A DNA stretch of 64,000 nt from Eledone cirrhosa (GCA_964016885.1 OZ024742.1:99696001-99760000); one strand, 5' to 3'. Shown: positions 27,623-40,940, numbered from the stretch's first letter. The notes: generated by a model from the sequence alone, not told the origin. Numbers and translations: made by a program.

Positions 27623-28467
27623 ATAAGTCATCGTATCAACTGAATACAATACATGTGATGAAATGAGATTCATTGGTAGTACTCTCATAAGTAACAAGGT
27701 AATCTAATTTTGTACCATTTGCCACGTTGAATATGACACTAAGAATTATAGTGTTGATTTCGCAACCATGGTACCATAGATTCTTTTCCCAGACCAAATG
27801 ATGCAATGTCTTTGAGCAAGACACTTAGTTTCCCGTTGTTCCAGGTCACTTAGTTGAATATGAGTAACTACGGCAACTGAGAATTAGCCCAGAGATGGTT
27901 AACTATTTGCTGTACTCTCAATTGCTTTATACCCATGAAACTGAGATCAGTTTTAGGAGTCGTCATAGGCGTGCAAACAGAAAAACAAACGTAAACACTA
28001 CAAGGATAACTCTATCTCCAACGTAAATATCCTGCACGGAAAAGACATATATACTAAAAACCTAGACCTCCCGCACAATCGCGCATATCACGTGAATTTC
28101 CCTCAGCCAAAACTACAGTGAAGATAATAATGATATTAGAGGGAGCAATTAAAACTCCCAAGGATACTCTCACTTGTATATGTGATTCCATTTCAGATTA
28201 GTGACAATGTACAATAACTATCGATTAGTTCATTGTTATACAAGCTACAATTGTTATGGGAGCTAATACATTGATTGATTGGTTGTTGTCTTTTTTTTAA
28301 TTATTGTGAGTGCTTTCGAACTGTTTTAAACTAGTGAGCTCTGCGTGTTTTGTTTTGTTTTTGTTTTGTTTTATGTTTGTTTGTTGTTGTTGTTGTTGTT
28401 GTTGTTGTTTTTTACTCTCCGGTTGAGAATAGACTCTGTTTATCTGTTGTAGCTATTAATCTCTTTA

Positions 28468-28850
28468 TGCACGCGGCTTAGTGGTTAGGATACTAGAGTT
28501 TAGAATCGGTAGGTCATGTGTTCGAATGTCGGACTTGGCGATGCGCTTTGTCCTTCAGCAAGACAATTTATATTATGTTGTTCTAGTCCACACAGCTAGA
28601 CGAAATATGTTCAGCAAGAGCACGAGCTTAGCCACATGATTGATTTGTATCACGACTAGTGGTGAATCGTTCGCCGACGACGGCATTCATGCTAAGAGCT
28701 ATCGGCTTTTGCCTTATCCTTGGACAATGTTAGTATGGTTAAAAGTAGAAATTATCATACATATATGATTGGTGGTCTACCGCACAAACAACATGCCCAG
28801 AGTTTCGCCTTGGAGAGGAATCTTCAAGATGTAAATCCAGGATCTAAAGT
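28468..28850 (+). mobile_element. Old SINE family B
   Basis: GCGGCTTAGTGGTTAGG...GTTCGAATGTC...TGTCCTTCAGCAAGACA; 3' part similar to the reverse complement of 50450-50600. Confidence 0.55.
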
Positions 28851-29730
28851 TATTGTGACCAATTAGAAGAATCGATAACGTCTTGGATAAAATACCACGC
28901 GGTCGATGAGATGAAGTGCTAGGGTCAACATAATCAACTTTACCCTCCCCAAATTGCTGGGCTTGTGCCTACATAAAACGTCGAATATTACTGAGCTACA
29001 GATTTTATCAACATATTTTTTATATAATGGAGAATTTTTATCACGATTTAAGGGATATTGTACATATTCAAACAAAGCTCTGAACAAATTCAAATTCTTA
29101 GCGCAACTCTATTGTTACAATTGTTTCACATTAAGATGTTATCTCTAAGCGTGTCATAGATTATATAAAATCTTCTAATAATATTTATTTTGAAATTAAT
29201 TGCTGCCAAAGGAATGTATGCCAGGCAGTAAGACAGATCATTTAGACTATGTTCTATAACTAAATTGTTATAAATAGCATGTAGGCGGTATCATATGGGT
29301 AGCTATGTTCCTATGAGGATATAAATATAATCTTTTACGGTTTTCTGAGTACAAATGTATAATAGGAAATGTTTACATTTCATCCTTTTCATCTTGAAGG
29401 TTTCTAGTTCATAAACTGTAGTTATAACTACATTAATATATCTTAAATCTACTAGTGTATGATGTGTTCTGCATATATATTTATTATTTACATAATCACG
29501 TTCTACACACTGCTGTACATGAATAGTAACCATAACACACACGCATTTTTTGTTTTACTCTAAATTTTGAAATCTCTATTGTCTGTAAGGATTACTGAAC
29601 TAAATATTTTAAAACTTTTATGTTCATTACACTTGATGACGTCACCGATTGTCTTGTGTCATGATCTGATGACGTAAGCCACTCATTGAAAAAACTATAG
29701 TGTATTTATGTAACATTAAATGAATATATA

Positions 29731-30128
29731 AGGGCGGTGGATTGGCAGTATCGGTAGAGGGTCGGACGCCATGCTTTCCAGCATAGTTACGTCCGTTTAC
29801 GATCTGAGTTCAGATCCCGCCGAGGTTGACTTTGCCTTTCATCCTTACGGGGTCGATAAAATAAAGTACCAGTAATGCACCGGGTAATTGCTGGCCTTGT
29901 GCCTAAAGTAGAAACAATTATTATTATTCAGGGCGGTTAATTGGCAGTATCGGTAGAGCGTCCGACACCATGCTTTACAGCATAGAGTTACGGCCCTTTA
30001 CGTTCTGAGTTCAAATCCCGCCGAGGTTAACTTTACCTTTCATCCTTACGGGGTCGATAAAATAAAGTACCAGTAATGCACTTGGATAATTGCTGGCATT
30101 GTGCCAAAAGTAGAAACAATTATTATTA
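29731..30128 (+). mobile_element. Two tandem full-length SINE family A copies
   Basis: 29731-29927 and 29930-30128, each with an (ATT)n tail. Confidence 0.9.
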
Positions 30129-30819
30129 TGATTTTCTCCTAACCTTTATGATCAATTGATTAATTATTTATTGTTTGTTTGATTACCTAGTCGAGCGCTT
30201 ATTTTAGAGGCTGTGAATAAATTACTTTGTTCACACTTTTGAATTTGCCTGCCAAAGCTCAGATGTAAATCTTTGTCTTTTCTTGAGAAAGAACACGTGA
30301 CATAGCTGCCAAAGTTACTGCTACATTACTTAGCAGTGGAGTTACTAAGCCACGCTCGTGGAAAACGGAACGAAATGCCTGTTGAGAAAGTGATATCCTC
30401 GTTCGATATTAGGATACATTAATGGTTTGCATGTTACGCAACTTGGAGTGTCGCTTTCGGATTCCCAGAAACCAATCGAAGATATTTATACAATTGTTTC
30501 TACTTTTTGGCACAAGGCCAGCAATTATCCCAGTGTATTACTGGCACTTTATTTTATCGACTCGGTAAGGATGATATTTATATAATATCTATCGATTAGG
30601 TCCAGGTTCGTCTTTAACCTGTTTGTATGTTCGTTGTTGTAGTGGCTTTTGTGGCAACATTCCTCCGGCCGCAATTTTCACTGAGTCACACACCTAACGT
30701 ATTGCTATTACTCTGAACTATAATTTATCGATTTATCGATATGACCTCATTGAGTGCAGTCTGCCAGCTTCAGATGATTGAGAAAAGCTAATCGGAGCTG
30801 CAACTTCTATTTTACCTAC

Positions 30820-31467
30820 TATTATTATTATTATTGTTCTTTGAGTCTCAGTCATTGATGTTATTTAACTGGAAAATTTGTTGAAATGAATATCAAGCCG
30901 CTACCTGCAGCCTCAGACATTCAGGACGTATCGGAGGGTTCTTGCTGTTCCCAGCAAGCATGCCTTTTGAAGTGTTCCAAAAAGTGGGGCTGGACTAATC
31001 TTCTTTAACCATCCTTGGAAACTCTTTGAGATAGTACCTAGTGCGCCTATGACAATCGGGACGACCTTGACTTCATGGCAGTTCCAAATCCTTTTAAACT
31101 CCCAATTTAAATCGTGGTATCGGTTAATTTGTTCCCTCTCCTTTTCTTGCACTCTCGTGTCAAATGGTCAGGCTACATCTACAATCAGGCACGATCTCTT
31201 TTCCTTGTCCAAAACCACCAGGCCAAGCCTATTGTGTTCTAATTTCTAGTCCGTCTGTATCCTAAAATCCCACAGCACCTTCACCTGATCGTTTTCTATC
31301 ACCGACTCTGGCTTATGCTCATTCCACTTCTCAGAATGTGGTAAATTGTTCACTTTGCATAGATGCCAGTGGATCACCATGCCTATCGTGTCATGTCTCC
31401 CGCCTTTATAGTGAATCTGGGCTAGGTGTTTACACTCGGATACAATGTGAGCCACAGTCTCCTCTCT
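30820..31467 (-). mobile_element. 5'-truncated R4/Dong LINE (RLE domain + 3' UTR), disrupted
   Basis: Homologous to 34615-35245 (EETVAHIVSEC..RHD..VLWDF..QKACLLGTARTLR); stop after IQTD; (AAT)n on both sides in its own sense. Confidence 0.9.
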
Positions 31468-31470
31468 ATT

Positions 31471-31502
<32 letters not shown>

Positions 31503-31523
31503 ATATTATAATAATACTAATAC

Positions 31524-31580
<57 letters not shown>

Positions 31581-31581
<1 letters not shown>

Positions 31582-34500
31582 CTTATGCTTATTCATTTTT
31601 GGGGCCCTTTCTGCCCGTGTGTTTGTTTGTTTATGTGTGTCCGTATACAGCGTGGTGATAATGCCACACAAGGGCCAAGTGGGATGGCGGATCCACAGAT
31701 GGCTATGTAAACATACATTCGCCAATCCTCGATAAGAGTGTTTAAATATCGAACATAAACAGTTCGAATAACGGTGAAATGGAGACTAGAACGTCATGTG
31801 ACAGACTCTCACCCAACAGGTGCCCCCTGGCTCAGCAGCAGGAACCTGACTGTCAACCAAATACTGCTGATGTTGGAGGAAGAAGAAGAAGGAAAGGGGC
31901 CAGAACCAACTGGACGAAAGAATTGAATAGAACTGTTATGCAATGCTACCTGAAAAGTAACCCCAAGGAGAGGGGCTACAGGAGACGGATGCATAACATC
32001 TGGAACGAGATTGGTTTATTTAAATTAGATGAACAAAAATTGGCCGGGCAGGCTCGGGTAATAAGAACTAATGGGTGGATAAGCGAGCTGGAACTGGAGG
32101 AACTGAGCAGAGAGAATGGCTTGGAGATGGCGGGTGTAGTATGCCAGACAAGCGAGCCGGCGGGAAATGAAGGTGAGGAGGTCCTGAGAACGGAGGAACC
32201 ACCCGAAGCAGACAATGATCTGAATACTGAGATAAATAATACCTGGAACAGAGATACGGCCACTGAGGAGATGAATGCTGACGGGCTAGGACAAGATTCG
32301 GTTGACATCCTAAATTTAGTGGTAGATGAGTTGAACAATGATAGTGGGAGACCTATGAACCTAAGATTTGTAGACAGGAAAAAGTTAAAAGAAACAACAG
32401 CTAAGGTAAACAAAGTCATCCCATACCTTGAGGCGAGGAGTCTTCACCAGTGCAACAATATCCTCAAAGCAACAGCAAATACGGTGAGGAAACTACTTGG
32501 TATAAAAGCGAGAGGAAACAACAGACAAGAAAGAGCAGAGCCGTGGTGGAAGAAGCGACTGAGTGGGCAAATCGGGGAAATGAGAAATGACATAGGAAAG
32601 CTTGAGTCACTACTGAATGGGACACTAAAAAACATAGGCACTAAAAATAGACTGGAAATAAAATACAAAACTAGGAGTAAAAAGCTAAATATTATCATAG
32701 AGGAATTGAAGCAACGCATTGTAGCAAAGAGTGCCAAAATCAGGCGATACGAGAACAGAGTCAGTCAGTATAAACAGAACCGCATATTCGACAACAACCA
32801 GAAGATGGTGTTTGGACAGCTTGAGGGGAAAGAAAGAGGCAACGACTTGATCCCTGGGGCGGAACAAGCTAAAACATTCTGGAGAGGAATATGGGAGCAG
32901 GATGTTAGACACAATGCCCAGGCAGGGTGGATTGAGACAGTACAGAGGGTGATCGGTGAGCAGGCACAGCAACAGACTGATTTGAGTATCACAGTTGAAA
33001 CTCTTAAGGGGCAAGCCAAAAAACTAACCAACTGGAAATCACCAGGCCCAGATGGTGTGCAGGGGTATTGGATTAAACATTTAACATCCCTCCACCCGAA
33101 GCTGACGGCCATGTTCAATGACTGCTTGGTGTCGGGTGAGGTGCCAGAGTGGTTGACAAAAGGTACCACAGTTCTGATAATGAAAGACCGAATCAAGGGT
33201 AATGATGTTACCAACTATAGACCTATCACATGTCTGCCCGTAATGTGGAAACTGTTGACGAGCATTGTGTCTGAGGAAATCTACCATCACCTCCACACAA
33301 ACAACTTGTTGCCGGACGAACAGAAAGGATGCCGAAAGAAGTCACGTGGTACAAAGGACCAGTTGCTTATTGATAAGATGGTAATGGGGAATTGCAGGAG
33401 GAGACACACTGATCTTGCCATGGGATGGATAGACTACAGAAAGGCATTTGACATGGTGCCTCATTCCTGGATCACCAAAAGCCTGGAGATCTTCAGGGTG
33501 GCAGATAACATCAGACAGTTGCTGGGCAGGAGTATGGGGTCCTGGGAGACAGAGTTGACATCAACTGGAGTATCCTTGGGAAGCGTGAAGATCAAGAGAG
33601 GTATCTTCCAGGGAGATAGCCTGTCCCCTCTGTTGTTTGTCCTTGCCCTGATGCCCTTGACCATTATGCTGCGAAAAGTGAGAGCAGGATACAAGTTGGG
33701 AAGGGGAGAGCTTACCATCAATCACCTCCTCTTCATGGACGATCTTAAGCTCTTCGGGAAAAGTGAGAAGGAGTTGGATGTGCTTGTTGACACTGTCCGT
33801 ATTTTCAGCAGTGATATATGTATGCAGTTTGGTATTGGTAAATGTGGAGTCATTGTGATGAGGAGGGGTAGGTTGAGCAGAAGTAACGGGATCCAGATAC
33901 CAACAGGTGAGATGATAAAGGAAATTGACTCTGAGGAAGGATACAAGTATTTGGGCGTTCTGGAGGCTGATGGCATAAAGAACAAAAAAATGAAGGAATT
34001 GTTAAGAACTGAATACATTCGGAGAGTAAGGAGCGTATTGAAGTCACATCTGAACAGCAGAAATGCCATAAGCGCAGTAAATTCCCGAGCTGTGTCTATT
34101 ATTAGGTACAGTGCGGGAATTCTGAGATGGAATGTTGCTGAACAAAAAGAAATGGATAGGAAGACTAGGAAGCTATTGACTATCTACAACATGTTCCACA
34201 AGAGGAGTGATGTCGATAGACTCTACCTAAGGAGATCTGAGGGTGGAAGAGGTCTTATCAGCATAGAGGACTGTGTTCAGATGGAGAAAAACAACCTATA
34301 CAAATACGTGACCTATAGTAAGGAGCCAATGCTCAGAGCTGTACTGAAGGAGGGGACAGTAGGCCAGGGGATATCCAAGGAGGAAATAACATCAAGGAGG
34401 AAGAGCAGCCTTAAGGGAAAATCCCTTCATAGTACCTTCTTTGAGAAAACTGAATTTAGAGATCCACAGACATGGAACTGGTTGAGAAGAGGAGACCTCA

Positions 34501-35277
34501 AAAAGGCTACAGAAGGAATGCTAATGGCTGCGCAGGAGCAGGCCCTCAAAACGAAGTGGTTGAAGCACCATATCTACAAGGAGGAGGCTAGCCCACTGTG
34601 CAGGATCTGTGGAGAGAGAGAGGAGACTGTGGCTCACATTGTGTCCGAGTGTAAACACCTAGCCCAGACCCACTATAAGGGCTGGAGACACGATGTGATG
34701 GGCAGGGTGATCCACTGGCACCTGTGCAAAGTAAACAATCTACCACATTCTGAGAAATGGTATGAGCATAGGCCAGAGGCGGTGATGGAGAACAGTCAGG
34801 TGAAGGTGCTGTGCGATTTTAGGATACAGACGGACAAAAAACTGGAACACAATAGACCTGACCTGGTGGTTGTGGACAAAGAAAAAAGATCGTGCCTGAT
34901 TGTGGATGTGGCCTGCCCGTTCGACACGAGAGTGCAAGAGAAGGAGAGGGAGAAAATTAACCGATACCAGGACCTAAAGTGGGAGGTGAAAAGGATTTGG
35001 AACTGCCATGAAGTCAAAGTGATCCCGATTGTCATAGGCGCACTGGGGACTATCTCCAAAGGTTTCCAGGGATGGTTAAAGAAAATCGGCCTCTTCACGC
35101 TTTTTGGAACGCTTCAAAAGGCATGCTTGCTTGGAACGGCAAGAACCCTCCGATACGTCCTGAATATCTGAGGCTGCAGGTAGTGGCTTGATATTCAATC
35201 CAACGGACGTTCCAGTTAACTAACATCAATGACTGAGATTCAAGGAATAACAATAACAATAATAATAATAATAATAA
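31581..35277 (+). mobile_element. Full-length R4/Dong-clade non-LTR retrotransposon in an (AAT)n microsatellite
   Basis: ~200-nt 5' UTR, single ORF, ~75-nt 3' UTR; (AAT)n at 31520-31580 and 35246-35277, consistent with Dong's known TAA-repeat targeting. Confidence 0.9.
31779..35171 (+). CDS. R4/Dong polyprotein: N-terminal DNA-binding region, reverse transcriptase, CCHC knuckle, restriction-like endonuclease
   Basis: 1130-aa ORF: WKSPGPDG, NYRPITCL, WIDYRKAFDMVPH, RGIFQGDSLSPLLF, LLFMDDLKL, YKYLG, CRIC..HIVSEC, RHD, RPDLVV..DVACP..K. Confidence 0.95.
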   Translation: METRTSCDRLSPNRCPLAQQQEPDCQPNTADVGGRRRRKGARTNWTKELNRTVMQCYLKSNPKERGYRRRMHNIWNEIGLFKLDEQKLAGQARVIRTNGWISELELEELSRENGLEMAGVVCQTSEPAGNEGEEVLRTEEPPEADNDLNTEINNTWNRDTATEEMNADGLGQDSVDILNLVVDELNNDSGRPMNLRFVDRKKLKETTAKVNKVIPYLEARSLHQCNNILKATANTVRKLLGIKARGNNRQERAEPWWKKRLSGQIGEMRNDIGKLESLLNGTLKNIGTKNRLEIKYKTRSKKLNIIIEELKQRIVAKSAKIRRYENRVSQYKQNRIFDNNQKMVFGQLEGKERGNDLIPGAEQAKTFWRGIWEQDVRHNAQAGWIETVQRVIGEQAQQQTDLSITVETLKGQAKKLTNWKSPGPDGVQGYWIKHLTSLHPKLTAMFNDCLVSGEVPEWLTKGTTVLIMKDRIKGNDVTNYRPITCLPVMWKLLTSIVSEEIYHHLHTNNLLPDEQKGCRKKSRGTKDQLLIDKMVMGNCRRRHTDLAMGWIDYRKAFDMVPHSWITKSLEIFRVADNIRQLLGRSMGSWETELTSTGVSLGSVKIKRGIFQGDSLSPLLFVLALMPLTIMLRKVRAGYKLGRGELTINHLLFMDDLKLFGKSEKELDVLVDTVRIFSSDICMQFGIGKCGVIVMRRGRLSRSNGIQIPTGEMIKEIDSEEGYKYLGVLEADGIKNKKMKELLRTEYIRRVRSVLKSHLNSRNAISAVNSRAVSIIRYSAGILRWNVAEQKEMDRKTRKLLTIYNMFHKRSDVDRLYLRRSEGGRGLISIEDCVQMEKNNLYKYVTYSKEPMLRAVLKEGTVGQGISKEEITSRRKSSLKGKSLHSTFFEKTEFRDPQTWNWLRRGDLKKATEGMLMAAQEQALKTKWLKHHIYKEEASPLCRICGEREETVAHIVSECKHLAQTHYKGWRHDVMGRVIHWHLCKVNNLPHSEKWYEHRPEAVMENSQVKVLCDFRIQTDKKLEHNRPDLVVVDKEKRSCLIVDVACPFDTRVQEKEREKINRYQDLKWEVKRIWNCHEVKVIPIVIGALGTISKGFQGWLKKIGLFTLFGTLQKACLLGTARTLRYVLNI

Positions 35278-35466
35278 TGCTTTCGTTATTAACCAAAAGG
35301 GTTTACATAAAGTAGACATTAAGGACAGTACAGGACAATACAGGACGGTACAAATGGGCATTTCTGTTTTTTACACGCAGAAATGCCCATTTGTACCGTC
35401 CTGTATTGTCCTGTACTGTCCTTAATGTCTACCTTATGTAAACCCTTGCGGTTAATAAAGAAAGCA
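35278..35466. repeat. 89-bp-arm palindrome of an element 3' end with AATAAA and outward (ATT)n tails
   Basis: Arms 35278-35366 and 35378-35466, 11-nt spacer, few mismatches. Confidence 0.85.
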
Positions 35467-35518
35467 ATATTATTATTATTATTAGTAGTAGTAGTATTAG
35501 TATTATTATAATATATAA

Positions 35519-35618
<100 letters not shown>

Positions 35619-36098
35619 GTATGTAGTTGACGGCTGAGAGTATAGTATAACTAGCAGAGACTAAATATTTATTTATTATGGCGAAACTCTTGCGTAACAA
35701 AATTCAGTATTTGGCATTAATAACTGGATATAACATATATTATTTGAGCACATAAAAATCCTAAGCAAATGCAATAATCTTTCCTTTCACACTAATAGGA
35801 TGAAACCAACCATTTAATCTATTCAAATATTAAAAATTTGCTCATTAATGTTTTATCCTGTCCTCTCTTGAATTTGATATTTTGAACATTGAACTTATTA
35901 TATATAGATAGACGATTGTTGAGTAATAAAACCTTAGATTACTTCAACCTATCTATGAGGCTACGTGAATGGGATATTCCGTGTTAAATGTGCCTATTAA
36001 AAACGATATCGAACACTTGGTTTTTATTGGAATTATAGGTGTTTCACGCCTGATTACGAGTAAATTATGTTAAACCGAAGAAACAGAAACATCGATCA

Positions 36099-36173
<75 letters not shown>

Positions 36174-36899
36174 GTGAACTTTACAATAACATAAATATAT
36201 ATATATATGGTGCCAGGAAAAAACTAGGCACGAAGACGGAGGCACAAGAAGAATTTATTGCGTAGTCTAATTTTAAGATAGGTTTCTGTTCAATTACGTA
36301 GCAGTATACATCCACGCACTGCATAATATAATATGTATTCGTATGCATTATGTATATGGGATTGCCCTTGAATAGTAAAAGGATTAACATGGAAAAACGG
36401 GGATAAAGTTGGTTACATTCTTAGTTGTGAGTTCCGCATTTCTACAATAACTATCACTTACTATTGATAAAGATAATATACAAATTTCAATTGGATATAC
36501 AGTGAAAATCGGTATCAAACTATAATATTTAGATAACAAAAATAGTGAACAGAAAATAAAAAAATGGGTACATGAATAACAATAATTATACCAAGTATAG
36601 ACACTAGATTTGTAAACGGGGGAGGGATTACCATCCAATAGATTAACACAAATGAAACTTTATTCACCAGTCATGGTCTCTGATCTGGTGCCAAGACAAA
36701 ACTACGAATTCCTAATTTTCTCCTGGCACCCGATGAGGACCCAGCATTGAGATGGCTCCTCTGCTATACAGTGGTGGCCGTAACTCGGCCATGAAGTCTA
36801 AAATCGCGCATATATGTTAAATGTATGAAATTTAATTATAAAAGGTTCCTTGAAATAGATTAAACATTCTTTTCCTTAGTCTTTTATCTACGGATGTCC

Positions 36900-36955
<56 letters not shown>

Positions 36956-37353
36956 AATTGAAATACTAGAGTGCGTTGGAGTTAAACACACTCGTCGTAT
37001 TATTGAAACGACAGTATAAGATATAGCTCAATGTAATCCAACAGAGCCGAAAAATAGTATGTGTTTGTGTAAATGTGTATATATATGGATATATTATATT
37101 GTATTCTATATCGTATTGTAATTCTCACATTATATTACCATGTTGTGTTTCATGTACTTGCCTTATACTGTACTTTCTACGTAGGTTTGACATGTTACTC
37201 GTTTTCTTGCCCTATAGTCTATATTTGTAACTACACACTTTTAGCTTTAGTATGCTTTTCCTTGATATCTTTCCTAAGCTTTCATACATATAAATTCCCT
37301 ATTCTTCTGAGTTTTGGTTGTTCTAGCCGTTAATGCTTCTCGTATCTTTTCTT

Positions 37354-37394
37354 GCCCTGATGAGTACTTATTAATGGGACGAAACATTGTTGGC
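37354..37394 (+). ncRNA. Minimal type I hammerhead motif followed by AATAAA
   Basis: GCC-CUGAUGA-GUACUUA/UUA/AUGGGAC-GAAA-CAUUG-UU-GGC; part of a 36953-37450 insertion in (TA)n. Confidence 0.65.
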
Positions 37395-37448
37395 TAATAA
37401 AGACTTTTGATGTATTGAAGGCTTCTTTGTTTATTTTTTATAATTTTT

Positions 37449-37480
<32 letters not shown>

Positions 37481-37512
37481 GAAGTGGTTATACAACAGTT
37501 AGTTCACCATAC

Positions 37513-37550
37513 CGAGAACAATTGTTTCACCTTAGCGGATCCTCAGCTCG
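37513..37550 (-). ncRNA. Minimal type I hammerhead motif
   Basis: CGAG-CUGAGGA-UCC/GCUAA/GGU-GAAA-CAAUUG-UU-CUCG; palindromic ACAAUUGU stem III. Confidence 0.65.
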
Positions 37551-37610
37551 TAAAGCTGTGCCCCAGCATGGCCTCATCCGGATGTCTGCAACAGGTAAAA
37601 GAGTAAAAGA

Positions 37611-37649
<39 letters not shown>

Positions 37650-37679
37650 CATAGATATATACGTGTGTGTGTGTGTGTG

Positions 37680-37721
<42 letters not shown>

Positions 37722-37757
37722 CGCGCGTGTGTGAGAGAGAGCGCGTGTGTGAGAGAG

Positions 37758-37839
<82 letters not shown>

Positions 37840-38011
37840 CAGAATCAAAGGTAATGGGTAATGTTATGATTTAAAAACAATTATCTCTGAAGTACGTAAA
37901 GGAAATCATGTATATTTTCTGTGTACACAACGTATGATGGAAAGTTTGTTTCACGTCATTTCCAGTTAAGCAATTTACAGTTCTGTTGACGTCAAATTTG
38001 AATCTCGTATG

Positions 38012-38084
<73 letters not shown>

Positions 38085-38274
38085 ATAAATTATCGAGAAT
38101 CGTATTTCGGCCCACGAAATAACGAAAAGCAACCTCCGAGATGTGTAGCAAGTGTTCAATGATTCAGATGAACCAGAGCTATAACAAACGTTAAAGGCCA
38201 ATCACACTGAGACGATGGTTAAACAATCATTCGCATAGCCAAAAAAAAAACGATCAATATATATATATATATGC

Positions 38275-38309
<35 letters not shown>

Positions 38310-39425
38310 TGCTTGTGTGTGTGTGTGAGTTTGAGTACGTGAGTGTATTCATGCATGTATGTATCTTTATGTATGTGAGTATGTGTATCTATGTCGTTTT
38401 TTGTGTGTTTGAGTGCGTTTGTGTGACAAGTATATTCTCTTAACTATAGAAATCGGTTTTAGAATTTCTGAATTGTTTTATATTCTTCGTCATATCCTTG
38501 TCTGTATGCTTCAAATTATTTCATTTTCCACTCCTTTTATTGAAAGTGTATTCAATTACGTGGATAGCTCGAGTGCTTCTTGCTAATTACTTTTCTCTCG
38601 GCATTCCGTTCACTTTCCAGCACGAAATTTACTTACTTATACATATATATATATAATTATATATATCGTACGTTGTCTATTCTATATACGTACGATTTAT
38701 TTATCAATTCTAAAGATATACGAGACACTTTAAGTTAGTTATCACATATAAAGTTAAAGGTATCAAACGAACTAGTGACTGATAAGAGATTGCCACACAC
38801 ACATATTATTGAGTGTGATAAGAATATTGGAATACGAAGTCAAAATTTAACATAATTGAAAATATATAATGAAAGCCAATTAACACATGAGAAGATATAG
38901 ATGAAAAGAGGTTGCAAAATATGCTTTATAAAAAAGGGAGAAAACTCTAATGGCTTAAGACTAATTATAATGGCCCCTATCAAAAGCTTGGTCGCAAAAC
39001 ATTAATTAGTACATTAGATAACAGAAGTATACAATACTACGTAAAGGGAAAATATGTATGTATGCATGCATGTATGTATGTATTTATGTATCTATGTATC
39101 TATGTACGTATATATGTATGTATGTGTGTACCAATGTACGTACTTACATAAGTACGTATATGCATGTATGTATGTCTAAATGTAAATGTATGTGTGCTTG
39201 CCTGTATATGAGTGTATATTCTTTTATTATTCTATTCCTCTATATCTGGCAGTCATTTCACTGGGTCCATGCCGAGACACCGCACTAAATGATTAGGTCG
39301 ATCATAATGAACCTAGTACTTATCTCCTCGGTCTCTCTTCTTTCCTTTTCGTTGAACCGCTAGATTACGGAATATACCCAAACAATCAACATAATCAGAG
39401 AAACGCACACACACACATATGTATA

Positions 39426-39577
<152 letters not shown>

Positions 39578-39759
39578 TGAGAGAGAGAGAGAGAGAAAAG
39601 AGAGAGGAGGGAGAGAATGTATGTGGTGCTGAGACCGAGGAGACTCCACATCATGGGAGTACTCAAAGCATGGGGAGATGCAGAGTGTGTATAGAGTTGA
39701 CGTTGGGGTCTTGATTTTACACACTCACACACACACACACATATGTATATACATATATA

Positions 39760-39836
<77 letters not shown>

Positions 39837-40774
39837 AGGGAGAGAGGAGGGAGAGAGAGGGAGAGGAGGGAGAGAGAGAGAGTATGGTATCGTTTGGTCC
39901 TGTAACTCCTGATAGAGTTGTAGAGCGCCGTAGTGACATACAACATTTCTTGAGCATCTTAAGCCTGGCGGAGCCCATCCCTCTCCAGGTCTGAGTACAG
40001 CAGATTTCTTCCAGAGAGAGGAAGAATCGACCCCAGTATGAGTCTAGTACTTTTTTATCGACCTCGAAAGGATGAAAGGCAAAGTTGACCTCGGTGGGAT
40101 TTTAACTCAAAGAGCAGAGAGCCGAAACGAATACTATACAACGTTGTCTCCGACATTCTAACGACTCTGCTAATTCGCCACCTTACATATATATATATAC
40201 CACAAAGAAAAGAAATTCCTAATTGATGTAACAAGTGACAATATATCTGTCAAAGAACTGGAGAAATATAAATATGTGGATATAAAAGTAACCCGAATGT
40301 CGTTTATGAATACCGAAATAATCCCAGGGTTTACAATTATAAACTTTAAACAAAAAAGATTATTATTACCCATAAGTTCTGCACTGAAATTATGAAGATT
40401 ACTCACAATATAATAGAAACAACACCAAAAACAACACTGCCTATGGTGCACAGAGCTGTGTTCGGTAATGAAAATTAGCTGATGGGGGTTATCATAATGG
40501 TTATAATGATGATGTTTATGGTGTTGATGATGATGATGATGATATTCATGATAATATTAATCTTCTTCTTCACCCATTTATTCCTAGGAGAGTCGTGGGG
40601 GCAGAGACCTCAAGCACGCCTTCCAGCGGATTCAGCTCTAACGCAATCGTTTCCAATAGATCCGATTGGATCCCCAAAAGGATCAAGCCGAACTTATGGA
40701 TATTATCCAACCGTTTTATTCAGGATTTAACCCTGGGTCTCCCATCGGTTGTGTTTGCCCATAAAATCTGTTGA

Positions 40775-40940
40775 TAATCGTTTCTACTTTTGGCACAAGG
40801 CCATCAATTACCCAGTACATTACTGGTACTTTATTTTATCGACCCCGTAAGGATGAAAGGCAAAGTTCACCTCGGCGGGATTTGAACTCAGACCGCAAAG
40901 GAACGTAACTATGCTGGAAAGCATGGCGTCCGATCCTCTA
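40775..40940 (-). mobile_element. SINE family A (5'-truncated)
   Basis: Reverse complement of family A. Confidence 0.85.

Noticed and set aside
36380-36830. Possible decayed PLE C-terminus plus CCGATGA hammerhead
   Set aside because: Translation is heavily disrupted and the fold is incomplete; not supportable without a search.
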